Part shown: positions 34,408 through 44,076 of the stretch, piece by piece
Layout: each line of letters opens with the position of its first letter
How positions within the stretch are numbered: the first letter of the stretch is position 1
Assembly: GCA_963764625.1 (NCBI GenBank)
Contig: CAVXTH010000006.1
Span: forward strand, 512,001 to 576,000
Reading direction: 5' to 3'
Length of the DNA stretch: 64,000 nt
Source: Candidatus Krumholzibacteriota bacterium
GTDB taxonomy: Bacteria; Krumholzibacteriota; Krumholzibacteriia; JAJRXK01
Position numbers and translations under genes: made by a program
Notes under the pieces: model-generated
Told to the model about the DNA's origin: nothing
Databases searched by the model: none
What the model saw: only the letters and a program-made list of their open reading frames with translations

Positions 34408-35595
34408 GTGCTGCGTTTGCTCACTGCCGGCGAGAGCCACGGCCCTCGCCTCACCGTCATTTTGGACGGCCTTCCCTCCGGGATTCCGGTGGATGAAGAG
34501 TTGCTGCGCCGCGGCATGGCGCGCCGTCAAGTGGGGTTCGGGAGGGGAAACCGCCAACGCATCGAGAGGGATCGCGCCGATTGCGTCTCGGGAATTCGCT
34601 TCGGGAAGACGACCGGAGCTCCCATCGCGCTCTTGATCGAGAACCGCGACCATGAGAACTGGGCCCAGGTGCTGTCCCCATTCGAAACGCCGAAAGATGT
34701 CACGGAGAGGCGCGTCACGCGACCCAGGCCGGGTCACGCCGACCTGGTGGGCATGCTCAAGTACGATCATGCCGACGCGCGCGACGTTCTCGAGAGAGCT
34801 AGCGCGCGAGAGACCGCGGCGCGCGTCGCGGCCGGCGAGGTCCTGCGACAGTTCTTGGCCGAGCTCGGAGTGCGCGTGTACTCCCACGTCATTCGAATCG
34901 GCGAGGTACGGGCCAAGGTCGATGAAATCAAGGACGCGTCCATCCCGCAGCGCGCCGAGAGCAACGACCTGCGCTGCGCCGAAGGATACGAGGCGATGCG
35001 GAAGGCCGTCGAAAAGGCGTCGGCCCAGGGAGACACTCTGGGGGGCATCTTCGAGGTGGTGGTCGAGGGCTTGCCCCCGGGTCTGGGCTCGTCGATGGCC
35101 CCGGACCGCAAGCTCGATGCACGCCTGGCCGCCGCGATGCTCTCCATTCCGGCGGTGAAGGGCATGGAGATCGGACCGGCATTCGCCAACAGCGCGTTGC
35201 CCGGTTCGGTGGTCCACGACGAGATCGTTCCCGTGCCAGGCCACCCTCCGCGCCGCGCGAGTAACCGCGCGGGAGGCCTGGAAGGAGGGATGACGACCGG
35301 AGAGCCGCTCGTCTTACGCGGAGCCATGAAGCCGATCTCCACCCTGAAGAAGGCGCTGCGGTCGGTCGACATGGAGCACAACGTGGAACAGAAGGCCGCG
35401 TTCGAGCGGAGTGACGTCTGCGCGGTTCCCGCGGCGGGAGTGGTGGGAGAGGCGGTGGTGATGTTCGTGCTCGCGCAGGCTTATCTCGAGTCGTTCGCGT
35501 CCGACACTCTGCATCGACTGAAGACCTCGCTGGCGGCGTACCGGGAGGAGCTCGACACCCGCATGAGAACGGCGGAGTCGAAGGAGCGCTCGTGA
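34408..35595 (+). CDS. aroC: Chorismate synthase
   Basis: TAGESHG, RPGHADL, ERASARETAARVA, NRAGGLEGG, KPISTL, ERSD. Confidence 0.97.
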   Translation: MLRLLTAGESHGPRLTVILDGLPSGIPVDEELLRRGMARRQVGFGRGNRQRIERDRADCVSGIRFGKTTGAPIALLIENRDHENWAQVLSPFETPKDVTERRVTRPRPGHADLVGMLKYDHADARDVLERASARETAARVAAGEVLRQFLAELGVRVYSHVIRIGEVRAKVDEIKDASIPQRAESNDLRCAEGYEAMRKAVEKASAQGDTLGGIFEVVVEGLPPGLGSSMAPDRKLDARLAAAMLSIPAVKGMEIGPAFANSALPGSVVHDEIVPVPGHPPRRASNRAGGLEGGMTTGEPLVLRGAMKPISTLKKALRSVDMEHNVEQKAAFERSDVCAVPAAGVVGEAVVMFVLAQAYLESFASDTLHRLKTSLAAYREELDTRMRTAESKERS

Positions 35596-36134
35596 AGCCC
35601 ATCCTGGCTCTGATCGGCTTCATGGGAGCGGGGAAGACGAGCATCGCGCAGCGCTTGGCCCCCTTGCTCGAGCGCCCGCTGGTGGATCTGGATGCGGTGA
35701 TCGAATCCATGGCCGGCCAGACGATTCCGCAGATCTTTGCCCGCGAGGGTGAGGGGCAATTCCGGCGCTACGAGCGCGAAGCCCTCCGGCAGGCCCTTTC
35801 CGTTGCGCCCAGCGTCCTCGCGGTGGGGGGAGGAACCGTGGTCGATCCCTCGAACCGCTCCTTCCTGCGCAGCAGCTCGTTCGTGATCTGGCTGGATCCC
35901 GAATTCGCCCTCTTGAGGACGAGACTCTTGCGCCCGGACAGCCCCTTCCGTCCCCTGGTCGATCAACTCGGTCCTGCCGGTCTCGCGCGGCTGTACACCG
36001 AACGCAGATCCTGCTATGCGGCGGCGGCTCACCTGCGGGTGAACGTGGGCCAGAGATCTCCCCTCAGTCTCGCGCGCGCCCTGGGGGCGCTCCTGAACCA
36101 GGTGCGTGCGCCCGAACCGCTCCGGTCGCCATGA
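35592..36134 (+). CDS. aroK: Shikimate kinase
   Basis: GFMGAGKT, DLD, GEGQFRRYE, GGG, RPL. Confidence 0.93.
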   Translation: MKPILALIGFMGAGKTSIAQRLAPLLERPLVDLDAVIESMAGQTIPQIFAREGEGQFRRYEREALRQALSVAPSVLAVGGGTVVDPSNRSFLRSSSFVIWLDPEFALLRTRLLRPDSPFRPLVDQLGPAGLARLYTERRSCYAAAAHLRVNVGQRSPLSLARALGALLNQVRAPEPLRSP

Positions 36135-36706
36135 TACGCGTGTGCGCAGGACGCTTTGGCGGGCGCGGACTTCAATTGGCCAGCGAAGTGGGAACCCGTC
36201 CCACCAGCGCAAAGTTGAAGGAGGCGATGTTCTCCTCGCTGGGGGAGAGGCTGCTGGGAAAGCGGGTCGCGGATCTCTTCGCCGGATCGGGATCTCTCGG
36301 CATCGAAGCGCTCAGCCGGGGGGCGGCCTCGACCCTGTTCGTCGAGCTGGATCCACGGGCGGTCAAGGCGATTCGTGCGAATCTGGAGAGTCTGGGCCTG
36401 CATCCGCCCGAGGCCGTCGTACGCCGGATGGACGTGTGGCACTGGCTGGAGCGCTACTCCTCGGGCGCGCTTGGGCTCGAGGAGCCCATCGAGGTCCTCT
36501 TCCTGGATCCGCCCTACCGAAAGGGAACCCTCGCGCGCCTGTTGCCTCTCACCACAGGACTGCTAGTATCGGGCGCAATCGAGATCTGCGTGATCGAACA
36601 TCCGGTGGCCGAGGAAGAAAGTCTCGCCCTCCTGACCCAAGTCACACGCCGGACACGGCGCCACGGAACCTCCGCGTTCAGCATCCTGGAGGGGATTGAG
36701 TCATGA
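36131..36706 (+). CDS. rsmD: 16S rRNA m2G966 methyltransferase
   Basis: TRPT, DLFAGSGSLGIEALSRGA, DPPY. Confidence 0.93.
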   Translation: MIRVCAGRFGGRGLQLASEVGTRPTSAKLKEAMFSSLGERLLGKRVADLFAGSGSLGIEALSRGAASTLFVELDPRAVKAIRANLESLGLHPPEAVVRRMDVWHWLERYSSGALGLEEPIEVLFLDPPYRKGTLARLLPLTTGLLVSGAIEICVIEHPVAEEESLALLTQVTRRTRRHGTSAFSILEGIES

Positions 36707-37188
36707 AGACCGCACTGTACCCCGGGACTTTCGATCCCCTCACCTATGGTCACATGGACCTCCTGGAGCGCGCCCAGCGGCTCTTCGACAGGGTCATCGT
36801 GGCGATCGCGCTTTCCACCGAGAAGGAACCGATGTTCTCGCTCGAGGAACGGGTGGAGATCGTGACCGAGTTGACCAAGGACCGCAAGGGAGTCTCGGTG
36901 GTCCCGTTCGAGGGTCTGCTCGCGCACGAATTCGAGCGCCAGAGAGTCGATGTGGTGGTGCGGGGTGTGCGTTTGTTCCAGGATTTCGAATACGAATACA
37001 TGATGGCTCTCATGAACCGCCGCCTGTGTCCACGCTTCGACGTTCTCTTCTTGATGCCGAGCGCGGAGTTCTTGAGCGTGAGCAGCACCCTGGTCCGCGA
37101 GATTCACGCCCACGGCGGAGACATCTCCAAACTGGTTCCACCCAACGTCGCGAGCCGCATGGATGCCAAGCGGGAACAGAGTTCCTGA
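36703..37188 (+). CDS. coaD: Phosphopantetheine adenylyltransferase
   Basis: YPGTFDPLTYGH, DFEYE, SSTLVRE. Confidence 0.96.
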   Translation: MKTALYPGTFDPLTYGHMDLLERAQRLFDRVIVAIALSTEKEPMFSLEERVEIVTELTKDRKGVSVVPFEGLLAHEFERQRVDVVVRGVRLFQDFEYEYMMALMNRRLCPRFDVLFLMPSAEFLSVSSTLVREIHAHGGDISKLVPPNVASRMDAKREQSS

Positions 37189-37203
37189 AACGAGAAGGAA
37201 GGC

Positions 37204-38238
37204 ATGAGCGAGCACGCGGCCGAAATCATCAGTCGTTTCAACCGGGAGACCCACCTGCTGTCAGAACTGCGCCGCCGGGCGGCGAAACGCGACGCCAAAG
37301 TGGTGCTGCCCGAAGGCGAGGACCCTCGCACCGTCGCGGCCGCGTGTGTCCTGCGGGAGATGCATCTCGCCCGCCCCGTGCTCGTGGGCGCCGTGGGGAG
37401 AGTCCGAACTCTACTTGCCGAGCAGAACGCCGATCCCGCGAATTACGAGATCCTCGATCCCAAGGAGAATTCTTTCACCGCGGTGGTGGCGGATCGTCTC
37501 TTCGAGCGCCGACGCGCGCGCGGGCTCAGCCAGGGCGAGTCGGTGGTACTCGCCCACGACCCCCTGCATCTGGGAGCCGGCATGACCGCGATGGGACAGG
37601 CGGAGGCCATGGTGGCCGGTGCGGTGAGTCCCACCGCCGAGGTCATCCGTGCCGGCCTCTATCACGCGGGATTGCTCGAGGGGATCGAGGTGGTCAGTGG
37701 TTCGTTCCTCATGGTCCCGCCCCGGTCCCACGCGGTGGATCGTCCTCTGCTCTTCGCGGACTGCGCAGTGGTTCCGCAGCCGAGCGAGGAGCAGTTGGTG
37801 TCGATCGGACTCTCCTCCGCGCGGACCTACGAGCGCCTTCTCTCCCGGGCTCCTCGTATCGCCTGCCTCTCGTTTTCTACCCACGGCTCGGCAGAGCATC
37901 CCAGCGCCGCCAGGATGGCCCGGGTGGCGGCGGCGCTCAAAGAGCGAGGGGTCTTGGCGGATGGGGAACTCCAACTCGACGCCGCCCTCGTGCCGGACAT
38001 CGCGCACAAGAAATGTCCGGACAGCCCGGTCGCCGGAAGAGCCGACATTCTGCTCTTCCCCGATCTGAACGCGGGGAATATCGCGTACAAGCTGACCCAG
38101 CGCCTGGGTGGATTCGAAGCAATTGGACCTTTGGTTCAGGGCCTAGCACGTCCCATCTTTGATCTCAGCCGGGGGGCAAGCGCCTCGGATATCGTGAACA
38201 CGGCCTGTCTCGCCATTCTCTGTGGGGAGCCCAGTTGA
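37204..38238 (+). CDS. pta: Phosphate acetyltransferase (short PTA/PTB type)
   Basis: VLPEGED, FADCAV, SFSTHGS, DGELQLDAA, FPDLNAGNIAYK, DLSRG. Confidence 0.9.
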   Translation: MSEHAAEIISRFNRETHLLSELRRRAAKRDAKVVLPEGEDPRTVAAACVLREMHLARPVLVGAVGRVRTLLAEQNADPANYEILDPKENSFTAVVADRLFERRRARGLSQGESVVLAHDPLHLGAGMTAMGQAEAMVAGAVSPTAEVIRAGLYHAGLLEGIEVVSGSFLMVPPRSHAVDRPLLFADCAVVPQPSEEQLVSIGLSSARTYERLLSRAPRIACLSFSTHGSAEHPSAARMARVAAALKERGVLADGELQLDAALVPDIAHKKCPDSPVAGRADILLFPDLNAGNIAYKLTQRLGGFEAIGPLVQGLARPIFDLSRGASASDIVNTACLAILCGEPS

Positions 38239-38241
38239 ACC

Positions 38242-39426
38242 ATGAATGAGCTTCTCAGTCGGCGCGCCCTCGCGGTCCAGCCCAGCGTCACCTTTACGCT
38301 TAGTACCCTCGCGAAGAAACTGAAGGGGGAGGGCAAACCCATTCTGGATCTGAGTCTGGGTGAACCCGACATGAATACCCCCACGCCCGTGGTGGAGGCG
38401 GCACGGCACGCGCTCGAGGAAGGACACTTCCACTACACGCCGACCGCCGGGGTGCCGGCTCTCTTGAAGGCAATCGCCGCGGTGTATTCCCAGCGGCTCG
38501 GACTGGCGATCGAGCCTTCGATGACGATGGCTACGCAGGGAGCCAAGCAGGCGCTGTTCAACGCCTTGGCCACTGCGACCGATCCCGGCGATACGATCGC
38601 GGTTCTTCAGCCCTACTGGGTTTCCTATGTCGAGCAGGCGCACGCGCTGGGACTCCGTGTGGCACTGGTGCCCTGTCCCGCCGACAATGGCTTCCGACCC
38701 GACCTGACCATTTTGGCGCGGGTACTTGCCGAGGGCGCCAAAGTGCTGCTGATCAACTCTCCCTGCAACCCGACCGGAGCCGCGTTCGACGAGTCGACCA
38801 TGCGCTCCATCACCGAACTCGTGCTGAAGAGTCGGGCTCTGCTGTTGAGCGATGAGATCTACGAAGACATCGTCTACGGGGACAGGGGTCACCTGAGTCC
38901 CCTTCACGTCGCTCCGGAGCTCTTCGATCGCAGTTGCGTGGTCACCGGTCTCTCGAAGGGCTTCGCGATGACCGGGTGGAGAATCGGGTTCTCCATCGCG
39001 CCCTCCTGGTGGACGGCCGCGATGACGCGCCTGCAGGGTCACACCACGAGCCACATCGCGGCGATCTGTCAGCAGGCCGCGATCACCGCCCTTCAGAGGC
39101 GTGATCTGATCGCGCCCCTGCTCGAAACTTTCGCCCAGCGTCGTTCTCTCGTGCTCGAACTCTTGGCGAAGCTGCCCGGCTTGCGAGCCCACGAGCCGGA
39201 GGGAGCGTTCTACCTCTTTCTGGATTGCACCGGCTATCTCGAGCGGGACGGGCGGGTGAGCGATACGCTGGAATTGTCCCGTTGGCTTCTGGAAGAACAT
39301 AACCTGGTGCTGGTGCCCGGAGATGCCTTCGGCGCGCCCGGTTATCTGCGTTTGAGTTTCGCGGCTCGCGAAGATGTGTTGCGGCAGTCCTTCGAGAGGC
39401 TTCAATTCGCGCTGGCGCAGCTCTGA
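38242..39426 (+). CDS. aspC: PLP-dependent class I aminotransferase (aspartate aminotransferase-like)
   Basis: GEPD, NSPCNPTG, SDEIY, SKGFAMTGWRIG. Confidence 0.85.
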   Translation: MNELLSRRALAVQPSVTFTLSTLAKKLKGEGKPILDLSLGEPDMNTPTPVVEAARHALEEGHFHYTPTAGVPALLKAIAAVYSQRLGLAIEPSMTMATQGAKQALFNALATATDPGDTIAVLQPYWVSYVEQAHALGLRVALVPCPADNGFRPDLTILARVLAEGAKVLLINSPCNPTGAAFDESTMRSITELVLKSRALLLSDEIYEDIVYGDRGHLSPLHVAPELFDRSCVVTGLSKGFAMTGWRIGFSIAPSWWTAAMTRLQGHTTSHIAAICQQAAITALQRRDLIAPLLETFAQRRSLVLELLAKLPGLRAHEPEGAFYLFLDCTGYLERDGRVSDTLELSRWLLEEHNLVLVPGDAFGAPGYLRLSFAAREDVLRQSFERLQFALAQL

Positions 39427-39483
39427 GAGTCGATCGTATCTTCAATCAGCCTACCCGAGAGTCTTCGTCTCCACCGAGTCAGT

Positions 39484-40470
39484 ATGCATTTCGTCGATCA
39501 AGTCAAAATCGAGGTCGCGGCCGGCAGCGGAGGTCCGGGCTGCGTCTCGTTCCGGCGCGAACCCTACGTGCCGCGCGGAGGTCCCAACGGAGGCGACGGA
39601 GGGCGCGGCGGTTCCGTGATTCTGCGAGCCGATCCCAACGTGGCCACCCTTCTGGACTTCCGCTACCGGCGTCGCTACCGCGGTCCGAGCGGCAACGCCG
39701 GAGGGGGCAACAACCGCAGCGGAGCCTCCGGTCGGGACGAGGCCATCAAGGTGCCCTGTGGCACCTTGGTCTACGACGACGAAACGGGCGAGCTCATCGG
39801 CGATCTCGTGGAGCCCGGCCAGGAACTCCTCGTGGCGGCAGGGGGAAAGGGAGGCCGGGGAAACACCCGCTTCGCCACCTCCACCAACCAGGCTCCCCGG
39901 CGGGCCGATCCCGGCCTTCCCGGGGAAGAGCGGCGCCTGCGTCTGGAATTGAAACTTTTGGCCGACGTGGGGCTCGTGGGCTTCCCCAACGCCGGCAAGA
40001 GTACCCTGTTGTCGGTGCTGTCGAGCGCCCGGCCCAAGATCGCGGATTACCCCTTCACCACCCTGGTTCCCAACCTGGGGATCGTGGACCTCGGAGACTA
40101 CCGCTCGTGCACCCTGGCCGATATTCCCGGACTCATCGAGGGGGCGAGTGAGGGGAAGGGGCTCGGCCATGCCTTTCTGCGTCACATCGAGCGCACGCGC
40201 CTTCTCGTCTTCCTCCTCGACCAGGGGGAGGAACCGGCCGAGCGTTTCTCGAGTCTGCTGGAGGAGTTGCGGCGCCACGACGAAGCGCTGCTGGAGTTGC
40301 CCCGCATCGTGTGCCTCAGCAAGATGGACCTGGCGGAAGAGGGGGGAGAGCGGCCGCACATCACCAATGAGAAAATACTTGAAATATCATCTGTAACTCA
40401 TTTAGGAATAAACGAGTTAAAGTCTCTCATCAAGAAGGGGCTGGGGCCACCTTCCGCGCCGGCCTCCTAA
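39484..40470 (+). CDS. obgE: GTPase ObgE (no C-terminal OCT extension)
   Basis: Gly-rich OBG fold, GFPNAGKS, YPFTT, DIPG, SKMD. Confidence 0.97.
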   Translation: MHFVDQVKIEVAAGSGGPGCVSFRREPYVPRGGPNGGDGGRGGSVILRADPNVATLLDFRYRRRYRGPSGNAGGGNNRSGASGRDEAIKVPCGTLVYDDETGELIGDLVEPGQELLVAAGGKGGRGNTRFATSTNQAPRRADPGLPGEERRLRLELKLLADVGLVGFPNAGKSTLLSVLSSARPKIADYPFTTLVPNLGIVDLGDYRSCTLADIPGLIEGASEGKGLGHAFLRHIERTRLLVFLLDQGEEPAERFSSLLEELRRHDEALLELPRIVCLSKMDLAEEGGERPHITNEKILEISSVTHLGINELKSLIKKGLGPPSAPAS

Positions 40471-40519
40471 GCCAGCGTCTCCGACGAGTCACGCGAGCCT
40501 CCCGGTCAGGAGTGCGGAG

Positions 40520-41533
40520 ATGCCGCCGCCGATCGCCTGGATCCAGGGCCTGCTTCTGCCTGTGAGCCAGTACCGGACCTTCATTCAGACCATGCTGCGA
40601 GAGAACGAGCTGCCGCCCTCTCTCGCGCGCTTGCTCCGCGAGCGCGCCGGGAGTGTCGATCGGCTCGCTTGGGCCGCGACGGCGCTGGCCCGGACGGAAC
40701 GCTCGGGGGGAAGGGTCCTCGTGCCAGCGCAGAGCGAGTATCCCCCGGGGCTCCTCCATCTGCCCCAGCCGCCCCCGGCTCTCTTCGTCCGCGGCGATCC
40801 CTCTTGCCTCCACGGGCTCCAGGCGGTGGCGGTGGTGGGCGCGCGCCGGGCCACGCCGTCCGCGAGAGTCGCGGCGAACCGGCTGGGGCGGGCCCTGGCT
40901 TCCGCCGCGCTTCCGGTGGTGAGTGGACTCGCGCGAGGGGTGGATCGTTTCGCGCACGAGGGTTGTCTGGCTCAGGAAGGTCGGCCGGTGGCCGTCTTGG
41001 GAACCGGCTTGGACGAGGCGTACCCTCCTTCCCACGCGCGGCTGCAGGAGGAGGTGGCGCGTCGAGGGTGTCTGGTCAGCGAATACCCGCCAGGGACCCA
41101 AGCGCGCCGGTGGCACTTCGTGGCCCGCAACCGCCTCATCGCGGCGCTCTCCGCTTTGGTGGTCGTCGTGCAGGCGGGGAAGAAGAGTGGCGCCCTCCTC
41201 ACGGCGGAGTTCGCCAACGAGCTGGGAAAGGTGGTGATGGCGTTTCCCGGCGCGGCGGAGGATCCCGCGTACGTAGGATGCCTCGCCCTGTTGAAGGACG
41301 GGGCCGGGCTGGCGCGCGGTGCGGCCGATGTCCTGCAGGAGCTGGGCTGCGATCCCGCGGCCGCGCAACTGGAGATCCCGCTGGGTCTGCAGCGGCCCCT
41401 GAGTCCGGCCGAGATCGCGCGGATGCAGGGAATGGAGCTCGGGCGGGTGTTGGCCGAGTTGGCCCAGCTCGAGCTCGACGGTCGGATCGAGCGCGTTGGG
41501 GGTGGACGCTACGTCACCACCGGCCGCCCCTAA
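40520..41533 (+). CDS. dprA: DNA-processing protein DprA
   Basis: AVVGAR, VSGLARGVD, VLGTG, SEYP, RNRLIAAL, SGALLTA, C-terminal winged helix. Confidence 0.92.
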   Translation: MPPPIAWIQGLLLPVSQYRTFIQTMLRENELPPSLARLLRERAGSVDRLAWAATALARTERSGGRVLVPAQSEYPPGLLHLPQPPPALFVRGDPSCLHGLQAVAVVGARRATPSARVAANRLGRALASAALPVVSGLARGVDRFAHEGCLAQEGRPVAVLGTGLDEAYPPSHARLQEEVARRGCLVSEYPPGTQARRWHFVARNRLIAALSALVVVVQAGKKSGALLTAEFANELGKVVMAFPGAAEDPAYVGCLALLKDGAGLARGAADVLQELGCDPAAAQLEIPLGLQRPLSPAEIARMQGMELGRVLAELAQLELDGRIERVGGGRYVTTGRP

Positions 41534-41537
41534 ACCC

Positions 41538-41567
41538 TTGCCGAAAGGCGGAGGACCTGCCTAGAGT
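41538..41567 (+). promoter_or_regulatory. Possible sigma-70 promoter for lpxL
   Basis: TTGCCG-N18-TAGAGT. Confidence 0.35.
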
Positions 41568-41596
41568 GCGCTCAACGCGCGGGGAACGGGAGATCC

Positions 41597-42544
41597 ATGG
41601 CCACAAAAAGACCGACTCTCAAGCATCGACTCGAATACCTGGGTCTCTACGTGGCGTACATTCTGGGCCGCACGCTGCCGCGGCGTCTCTTCATTCGGGT
41701 CGGCGAGTGGTTGGGGCGCTTCGTCTTCGACGTCTTGCGTATTCGCCGCGGCGTCGCTTTGAGCAACTTGCGTTTCGTGTTCCAAGGGGAGAAGAGCGAA
41801 CAAGAGCTCGTCGATCTCGCGCGACGGTCGTACGCCCAGCTCGTGGGCACGCTGCTGGAATTCGCTTCGTTGTCGCGGACCAAGAAGGAGGAGCTACGCG
41901 AGATCGTCAGTTTCGAGGGCCTGGAAAACCTCGAGGCCGCGCTGAGCACGCCAAAAAGAGGGGCCATTCTCGTTACCGGGCACTACGGAAATTGGGAACT
42001 CTTCGGTGCGGCGTTCGTGGCGCGTGGCTACCCGACCACCTTCCTGGTGAAGGAACAATCCAATCCTCTGGCTTCGAAGATGCAGAACCGACTCCGCGCC
42101 GACGGGGGCATCGAGATCGTGAAGCAGGGTCCCCTCGTGGCTCGCGGAGTGCTCCGCGCGCTGCGCCGGGGACATCTGGTGGGAATCCTGCCCGATCAGG
42201 ATGCCGGCCGGCACGGGGTCTTCGTCGACTTCCTTGGCCGGCCCGCCTCGACCTTCAAGGGCCCGGCCTTCTTCGCGTGGAAAGCCAACGTGCCCATCGT
42301 GCAGGGTTACGTGCGGCGCATGCCCGACGGAACCCACCGCGGGAAGCTGGAACCCCCGATCTATCCCGATCCCCAGGCTGACGAAGAGGAAGAAGTGAGA
42401 CGTCTCACCCAGCTCTACACCAGCGATCTGGAACGCTGGGTGCGAGCGTATCCGGAAAACTATTATTGGGTGCACCGTCGCTGGAAAACCCAACCCGAGC
42501 CAGGCGACGCCTCGAACTCTCATGGCGCCGAGGATTCCCGCTAG
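41597..42544 (+). CDS. lpxL: Lipid A late acyltransferase (LpxL/HtrB family)
   Basis: HYGNWE, LPDQ, YYWVHRRWK. Confidence 0.88.
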   Translation: MATKRPTLKHRLEYLGLYVAYILGRTLPRRLFIRVGEWLGRFVFDVLRIRRGVALSNLRFVFQGEKSEQELVDLARRSYAQLVGTLLEFASLSRTKKEELREIVSFEGLENLEAALSTPKRGAILVTGHYGNWELFGAAFVARGYPTTFLVKEQSNPLASKMQNRLRADGGIEIVKQGPLVARGVLRALRRGHLVGILPDQDAGRHGVFVDFLGRPASTFKGPAFFAWKANVPIVQGYVRRMPDGTHRGKLEPPIYPDPQADEEEEVRRLTQLYTSDLERWVRAYPENYYWVHRRWKTQPEPGDASNSHGAEDSR

Positions 42545-42560
42545 AAACGCGAGGTCTCTC

Positions 42561-42887
42561 TCAGGAGGCGGGATTACTCCGCGGTGGAACGTCCGCCGCC
42601 GAGAAGCCGATGGGCGCGGCGTGATCGTTTCCGGCCATCTTGATCTCCCCGTTCTGTTCCTCGAATCGCTTCACGTTGTCCTGGAGCAACCGAGACACCG
42701 CCTTCGCGGCCTGCGGGGTGAGAATGATGCGCGAATGAACCTTGGCCTGAGGCGGGCCGGGCATGAGCCGCGCGAAGTCCAGAATGAACTCGCTGGGACT
42801 CAGATGGCAGAACGCGAGATTGGAATAGGTTCCCTCGACCACTTGGGGATCGATGTCGACTTTGATCTGTGAGGTCGGTTTGTTCAT
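42561..42887 (-). CDS. DUF3467-family protein
   Basis: EGTYSNLA..HLSPSEFILDF..SRIILTPQAAK..FEEQNGEI. AGGAAG RBS and own promoter. Confidence 0.8.
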   Translation of the reverse strand: MNKPTSQIKVDIDPQVVEGTYSNLAFCHLSPSEFILDFARLMPGPPQAKVHSRIILTPQAAKAVSRLLQDNVKRFEEQNGEIKMAGNDHAAPIGFSAADVPPRSNPAS

Positions 42888-42917
42888 GGCAATTCTTCCT
42901 GGCTCCGGGGTCGCGGA

Positions 42918-42947
42918 AAGCTACTGTCCGAAAAGGGGAAAGGTCAA
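42918..42947 (-). promoter_or_regulatory. Sigma-70 promoter of the DUF3467 gene
   Basis: Minus strand TTGACC-N18-TAGCTT. Confidence 0.55.
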
Positions 42948-42965
42948 GCGATGCTCCGGGTCGCA

Positions 42966-42994
42966 TTGACAGGCCCCTGAGGGACGCATATTCT
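42966..42994 (+). promoter_or_regulatory. Sigma-70 promoter of the hld-sucCD operon
   Basis: TTGACA-N17-TATTCT. Confidence 0.75.
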
Positions 42995-43074
42995 GCCTCG
43001 GGGTCGCGCCCGTCCACCTGGATCTCGGGCGTGGGTATCCGACGCTCTCCTCTTGTTTCCCCTGGATTTTCGCA

Positions 43075-44076
43075 ATGCTCGACCCATCGACTCATGAGGA
43101 AGGGCTTTCCGTACTCGGACGTCTGAACTCTCTCCGTCTCGCGGTGGTGGGAGACTGCATGCTCGACCGTTTCGTGCGCGGCCGGGTCGACCGTATTTCT
43201 CCCGAAGCTCCGGTCCCAGTAGTGCACGTGAGTCACGAGGAGGAGAGGTTGGGAGGGGCGGCGAACGTGGCCGCCAATCTGGCCGCTCTCGGCGTCGACA
43301 CCCATATGTACTCTTTGTGCGGGAAAGATCCCGCCGCGGATCGTCTGAGCGGCCTCTTGGAGAGAAGAGGAATCAAGAGCGGGGGCGTGGTGCGAAGCGA
43401 TACGCGCTGCACCACTCTCAAGACACGCATCATGGCGGGAAACCAGCAGGTCGTCCGCATCGACCGCGAGACTCCCGGACCGCTGGATGAAGTCGATCGC
43501 GATCCGCTGCTGTCTCGATTGCAAGAGCAGGGTCCCTTCGACGCGGTAGTGATCTCCGACTACGGCAAGGGAGTGGTGAGCGAGGAGCTCATGACGCTCA
43601 TGCGTCAGTGGCGAGACAGGGGCAGCCTCGTGGTCGTCGACCCCAAGCAGGGGAACTTCGAACTCTATCGTGGCGTCACCGCGATTACCCCCAACGAGAA
43701 AGAAGCGGCGGCTGCGTGCCACGAGCGGATCGAAGGCGAGGCCGATGCGGCACGCGTCGGCGCGATCCTGCGGGAGAGGTTGAAGGCCGATCTGATTTTA
43801 CTCACCCGCGGAGAGAACGGCATCTGTCTTCTCCAGTCGGACGACCGGGTCCATCACTTTCCCACCGAGGCCAGAGAGGTCTACGACGTCACGGGAGCGG
43901 GGGACACGGTCATTGCCGTGTTCACCGCGATTCTGGCGGCAAAAGCGAGTTCCGAACTGGCCACCCGCATGGCAAACGCGGCGGCCGGGGTGGCCGTCGC
44001 CTCCTTGGGCACCACGGTGGTGGATCTCGCGAGCTTGAAGAAAGCCTGGAATCGCATCGCGGGAGAGGAAGAATGA
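43075..44076 (+). CDS. rfaE1: D-glycero-beta-D-manno-heptose-7-phosphate kinase (HldE/RfaE domain I)
   Basis: RISPEAPVPV, GGAANVAAN, SDYGKG, VDPK, TPN, DVTGAGDT. Confidence 0.93.
   Translation: MLDPSTHEEGLSVLGRLNSLRLAVVGDCMLDRFVRGRVDRISPEAPVPVVHVSHEEERLGGAANVAANLAALGVDTHMYSLCGKDPAADRLSGLLERRGIKSGGVVRSDTRCTTLKTRIMAGNQQVVRIDRETPGPLDEVDRDPLLSRLQEQGPFDAVVISDYGKGVVSEELMTLMRQWRDRGSLVVVDPKQGNFELYRGVTAITPNEKEAAAACHERIEGEADAARVGAILRERLKADLILLTRGENGICLLQSDDRVHHFPTEAREVYDVTGAGDTVIAVFTAILAAKASSELATRMANAAAGVAVASLGTTVVDLASLKKAWNRIAGEEE

Noticed and set aside
40394-40419. Chromosomal dif site or oriC unwinding element
   Set aside because: No XerD arm (TTATGTTAAAT-like), no 11-6-11 layout and no DnaA boxes, and it lies within a coding region. 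Kept only as an unexplained AT-rich element.
40669-42381. 570-aa + strand ORF spanning dprA and lpxL (likewise 36696-38162, 45690-47081)
   Set aside because: Arg/Gly/Pro-rich off-frame shadow of real genes.
42574-43722. 382-aa minus-strand ORF
   Set aside because: Antisense to the heptose kinase and out of frame with the real DUF3467 gene.
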